Origin: Dimorphilus gyrociliatus
Taxonomy: Eukaryota; Animalia; Annelida
Length of the DNA: 46,331 nt
Assembly: GCA_904063045.1 (NCBI GenBank)
Contig: CAJFCJ010000141.1
Location: forward strand, 25,961-72,291
Direction: 5' to 3'
The position numbers were made by a program, and so were the translations under genes. Each line of letters begins with the position of its first letter. Positions within the stretch are counted from its first letter, which is position 1. The notes under the pieces were generated by a model that had not been told where the DNA came from, did no database searches, and worked only from the letters and a program-made list of their open reading frames with translations. Shown piece after piece: positions 43,061 to 46,331 of the stretch.

Positions 43061-45481
43061 TCATCTTGATTTAATGAGAATTACAGGTGGTTGTTCTTCT
43101 TCATTAGTTTGATGTTGACTAAAGCTACAACTTTGTTTCATTAGTTTTGGGTTTTCAGGAGAGTTATCTGTGCTCTCACTTGGGGTAGCAATTTCTTCTC
43201 TTTGTTTTCTTCTTCCAATAATATAGTTGAAAATGATGATACATACCATTGACACTACAATACTCAAACAAATATTTCGTATGATAACATAAAGTGTTTT
43301 CCCAGGTTTATAGTACCAACTATGGAAAAACTGTTTAATTCCAGATAAATTGGGTACAATGCCATTTTTCTCTGCAACAGTGACCATGTTATCATACCTT
43401 GCCTGCTTCTGTTCCAGTGAACTGATAACTTGCTTAATTTTTGAGTGCTGATATGCAATATCCTTCTTTACCCCATGGTGGAGTAGATCAGCTAATCTGG
43501 CAATTTCAATTTTTGGTTCAGAAAGGTGATTGTGGATATGTAACTGCATGGATTTTGCAGACACAGTGTGAAATCTGCATCCTCTTTCTGAATAATACAC
43601 ATACGTTTTGTCTTTCATTGGTTGGTTTCTTATAGGATTTAATGGGTTGTGAGTTGTTTTGTAGAATAACTTGTTAGACTTACACTCATTATAGGTAATC
43701 TCTTCAGGATTGACTTGCTGTAAAACATGAGTAACTGGTTCTACTTGGAAAAGCAGGTTGTTCATGGTGACAAGTAAAAATTGAGAACATTTGTTATTCT
43801 TTTTTATCATGCTTAAGTCACAAACTACTTCTGTTGAGGCTATTGGTGAACATTGTTTAATTATAGCTAATTCTCCCATCTGACTACTGTGCATTCCCAA
43901 CTCATTTGTTAACACTGTGGTCAATTGAGGATCCAAATTTGCTAGTAATGCCATCATTCTGCTTCTTTGAACAAATTGATTGCAGAGAAGACTTGACAGC
44001 TGTTGGGTAAACTTTTTTAAATTCTTAAAATTTGAATCAATACCATGTAGTAAGGTAGATGTTTGGGCAGCTTCTCTCATTTCCAATGGGAATTTGTGGT
44101 ATGGGTTTTTACTTATCTTATGTTTCAGTTTTGCTTCCTTCTTCATCTGCTTTTTAGCCATTCTCATGTGTAGAGTAAAATAAATTCCTTCATAGGTAAT
44201 CTTAAATTCTCTGGCTGGTGGTCCTTTATACCATATGCCCAATGTTGGTAATACCTTCTTTTTGATTCTTTTCTCACTGTATACATATTTTGAAATCGTG
44301 ACAGATTGTCTTGTTGCCCTTGTCCAATTGACTGCTTGCAGCATTTCTTGGATATAATAGTTATCCAGCTCCCAGTAAGATGGACTAATGGGTTGTTGTA
44401 GATGATATATCACAACTTCCTTGAGTGTGCCTTTATTTCTCATTAGTTTATACTTTGTGTTTGTTTCTCTGTACCATTGGTTAAGACTTGGTAAGGGGTT
44501 GTTTCGCTTGTATAGTATAATTTGTTCTTTAACTTTATTGGGATAGTTTAATAGTCGTTTTTCTTCGTTTTTGCCAATCTTCTGATATTGTAGCAAATTG
44601 TATAGGTGTTCCTTGCTTGTTTCCTGTATTAAACTCTGTTCCTCCAGTGGTACTAGTACTTTTGTTCCAGGACCACCAATTCCATCAATAAACTTATCTT
44701 GATAAGGGATGTCCAGAATAGAATACCCTGGACAAGAATAGTGACCAGCAAATTTGATACAACTAATTCTGTTGCTAATTTTTATCCATGGTGATTGTTG
44801 CCCAAGTGTGTAATTATTCTTGAGGTTTCTAAAGACAATAATTGCCTCTTCTGTCTCACAATAGGACTGCCCTGGTAAACAATCTTCCAGGTAGTCCAGA
44901 TTAGTTGTAATTTTCATATTAGGAGGTTGCCAATATGCTTTGCCAAACTGGATAATTGTGGTGTATTCCAGCACCTTGGTAGTTGTTGGCCATGTGTAGG
45001 CAGCAGGAAACTGATCTTGGTGGATCCAAGTGTTTCTTTTCACCATTAAAGGTTTTCCTTGAAAAGATCGTTTGTCTTTTACCATCTGTCTGCATTGATC
45101 ATGAGTTACTTTGATAACTGAGTTAACAATTCTCCTCTTCTTTGCTCCAAAGAAATAGTAAGTGTAAAAATTAGTTCTTAGATACACTTGACATTTTACT
45201 GCTCTTGTTTCAATTTCTTCCAAGTTCAATTCATAGATATCAGCTGTAATTGTCTTGGTTTCTTGTGATTCTATATTACAAGTTGGCTCATCTGCTAGAT
45301 CAAATGCCTGGCTTGGTAGTTGGTTAGAACAAAAGTATAATGGTGGTTTAAATGTTAAGGTAATGTTTGCACTTGTAACATGTGCACCTTGGTAGGATGG
45401 TTTTGGGACTGTTATTGAGTGGATGCAGCCACAGATCACCATTACAGTCATCACTAGTGGAAGCCACAACATCTGTTTCAT
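43061..45481 (-). CDS. env: Envelope glycoprotein, 806 aa, class III fusogen-like (herpes gB / chuvirus G / rhabdovirus G pattern)
   Basis: Signal peptide MKQMLWLPLVMTVMVICGC; KC...YYFFG...DQCRQMV and YTWPT resemble bipartite fusion loops; LC...LANLDP...G...GELAIIKQC resembles the gB/chuvirus core-helix motif; C-terminal TM and basic tail; located between pol and the PPT. Confidence 0.8.
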   Translation of the reverse strand: MKQMLWLPLVMTVMVICGCIHSITVPKPSYQGAHVTSANITLTFKPPLYFCSNQLPSQAFDLADEPTCNIESQETKTITADIYELNLEEIETRAVKCQVYLRTNFYTYYFFGAKKRRIVNSVIKVTHDQCRQMVKDKRSFQGKPLMVKRNTWIHQDQFPAAYTWPTTTKVLEYTTIIQFGKAYWQPPNMKITTNLDYLEDCLPGQSYCETEEAIIVFRNLKNNYTLGQQSPWIKISNRISCIKFAGHYSCPGYSILDIPYQDKFIDGIGGPGTKVLVPLEEQSLIQETSKEHLYNLLQYQKIGKNEEKRLLNYPNKVKEQIILYKRNNPLPSLNQWYRETNTKYKLMRNKGTLKEVVIYHLQQPISPSYWELDNYYIQEMLQAVNWTRATRQSVTISKYVYSEKRIKKKVLPTLGIWYKGPPAREFKITYEGIYFTLHMRMAKKQMKKEAKLKHKISKNPYHKFPLEMREAAQTSTLLHGIDSNFKNLKKFTQQLSSLLCNQFVQRSRMMALLANLDPQLTTVLTNELGMHSSQMGELAIIKQCSPIASTEVVCDLSMIKKNNKCSQFLLVTMNNLLFQVEPVTHVLQQVNPEEITYNECKSNKLFYKTTHNPLNPIRNQPMKDKTYVYYSERGCRFHTVSAKSMQLHIHNHLSEPKIEIARLADLLHHGVKKDIAYQHSKIKQVISSLEQKQARYDNMVTVAEKNGIVPNLSGIKQFFHSWYYKPGKTLYVIIRNICLSIVVSMVCIIIFNYIIGRRKQREEIATPSESTDNSPENPKLMKQSCSFSQHQTNEEEQPPVILIKSR

Positions 45482-45705
45482 GTTAGCTCTTCCTGTGTTG
45501 GCTATAGTTGAATGGTTGAAAATTTTGTGTTGTTGTTCCACTCTGATAGTTATTCCATCTTCTAACTCTATATATGTGGTTCCACTTCTTGTTGGAATCT
45601 AATTGTTCAGAGATGATTTTAGTCTCATCTAAAAATATGACTGACTCATTGTCTGTTGCACTTGTATTTTCTTTCTCATCTTGGGATGAATCTACCACTA
45701 TGAGG

Positions 45706-45810
45706 GACTCATTATCTGAATGGGTTATGTCAATAATTTCACCTTCAATAATTATGACTCATTATCGAATGGTTATATCAATAATTTCCTTTCAATAATT
45801 ATTGACTCAT
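45706..45810. repeat. Tandem repeat of about 50 bp (2 units plus a partial) in the pol-env linker
   Basis: GACTCATTATC(T)GAATGG(G)TTAT.TCAATAATTTC... units start at 45706, 45756 and 45804; the minus strand reads roughly NESIIIEGEIIDITHSD. Confidence 0.85.
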
Positions 45811-46331
45811 GTCTGAACTAGTATTTCATCTTCTCTATCAGAGATAATGTTTGCCTCTGAATCTGTATTTTGATCCAGTTCATTATTTGTTTCTGTGTCA
45901 TCACTTTCAGATGAGCTTGAAGGTTCATTGAGACTGTAATTACTGTCTGTTTGAAAGTATTGCTGTGTCATAACCAGTATCAGAATTAGTAACTTCCATC
46001 TCTGAGTCATCACTATCTGAACTTTCTGATGAAGAGTCATGCTGTCCCATCATGGCTATAGTGACTTTGTTTAGTTGAGGTTCCTATTCTTTCAGCCAGG
46101 TTTCCCTTTCCTTCTATCAAATTTGAGAGAACACTGTTTAGCTTCAAAATTGAGGTTTGTCCACAGTTTGTAGAAATCACAACCAAGTATTATTGCTATG
46201 TCTAGATTTCCATAACTATAAATTCTTGTTCCATACTTTCTCCAGCAAATGGATATTCAGCTTTACCTTCCTTTTTGCTTTAAAGCTTTCCCATCAGCTG
46301 AATTATAATTGGTAACCAATTGTTTCTTTAT

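Larger units (their letters stand above)
29404..43877. repeat. Giant near-perfect palindrome: arms 29404-36610 and 36619-43877, loop ATATAAAA (36611-36618)
   Basis: CTTCAGTACCAA-ATATAAAA-TTGGTACTGAAG at the centre; all ORFs and elements are mirrored. The left arm is 52 nt shorter, and differences seen are small indels. Confidence 0.95.
42395..46331 (-). mobile_element. Right-hand copy of the Gypsy element (3' LTR, env, acidic linker, second protease), running out of the window
   Basis: 46119-46331 matches 29165-29399 in reverse complement; env ORF intact. Confidence 0.9.

Noticed and set aside
45482-45541. Env start at 45541 (826 aa)
   Set aside because: The signal peptide begins at ATG 45481, and the upstream 20 codons overlap the acidic linker frame.
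1-46331. tRNA or rRNA genes; species assignment
   Set aside because: No cloverleaf or rRNA motifs were noticed. Gene content suggests a compact-genome invertebrate, possibly lophotrochozoan, but the sequence alone cannot establish this.

Overview
AT-rich eukaryotic DNA, apparently animal, with short introns of about 50-150 nt. All calls come from manual translation and motif recognition; no database search was run. (1) 0.1-19 kb: three paralogous multi-exon receptor genes, A (+, internally deleted), B (-) and C (+, head-to-head with B). B and C encode signal peptide, three degenerate SRCR-like modules, a C-type-lectin-like domain, about six LDLa, about six to seven LRR and a rhodopsin-type 7TM (GRL101/LGR type C-like). 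In all three genes, in-phase introns join the post-TM7 tail to exons encoding a catalytically dead protein-kinase C-lobe, so these look like GPCR-pseudokinase fusions. B and C also share a virtually identical 1.24-kb LDLa/LRR tract inside otherwise very divergent genes. (2) 19.4-23.8 kb: a decayed BEL/Pao remnant and a ribonuclease-inhibitor-type LRR gene cut by an LTR. (3) 23.8-30.9 kb and 42.4 kb to the window end: a Ty3/Gypsy family with 635-bp LTRs, tRNA-Ser-like PBS, single gag-pol frame, a second aspartic protease after integrase, and a class III (gB/chuvirus/rhabdovirus G-like) envelope. (4) 29,404-43,877: a near-perfect palindrome with 7.2-kb arms and an 8-nt centre that starts at an N gap. 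In the segments compared the arms differ by small indels only, so a fold-back assembly artefact is the leading explanation. It mirrors mariner derivatives, an LRR pseudogene and an orphan secreted-protein ORF.
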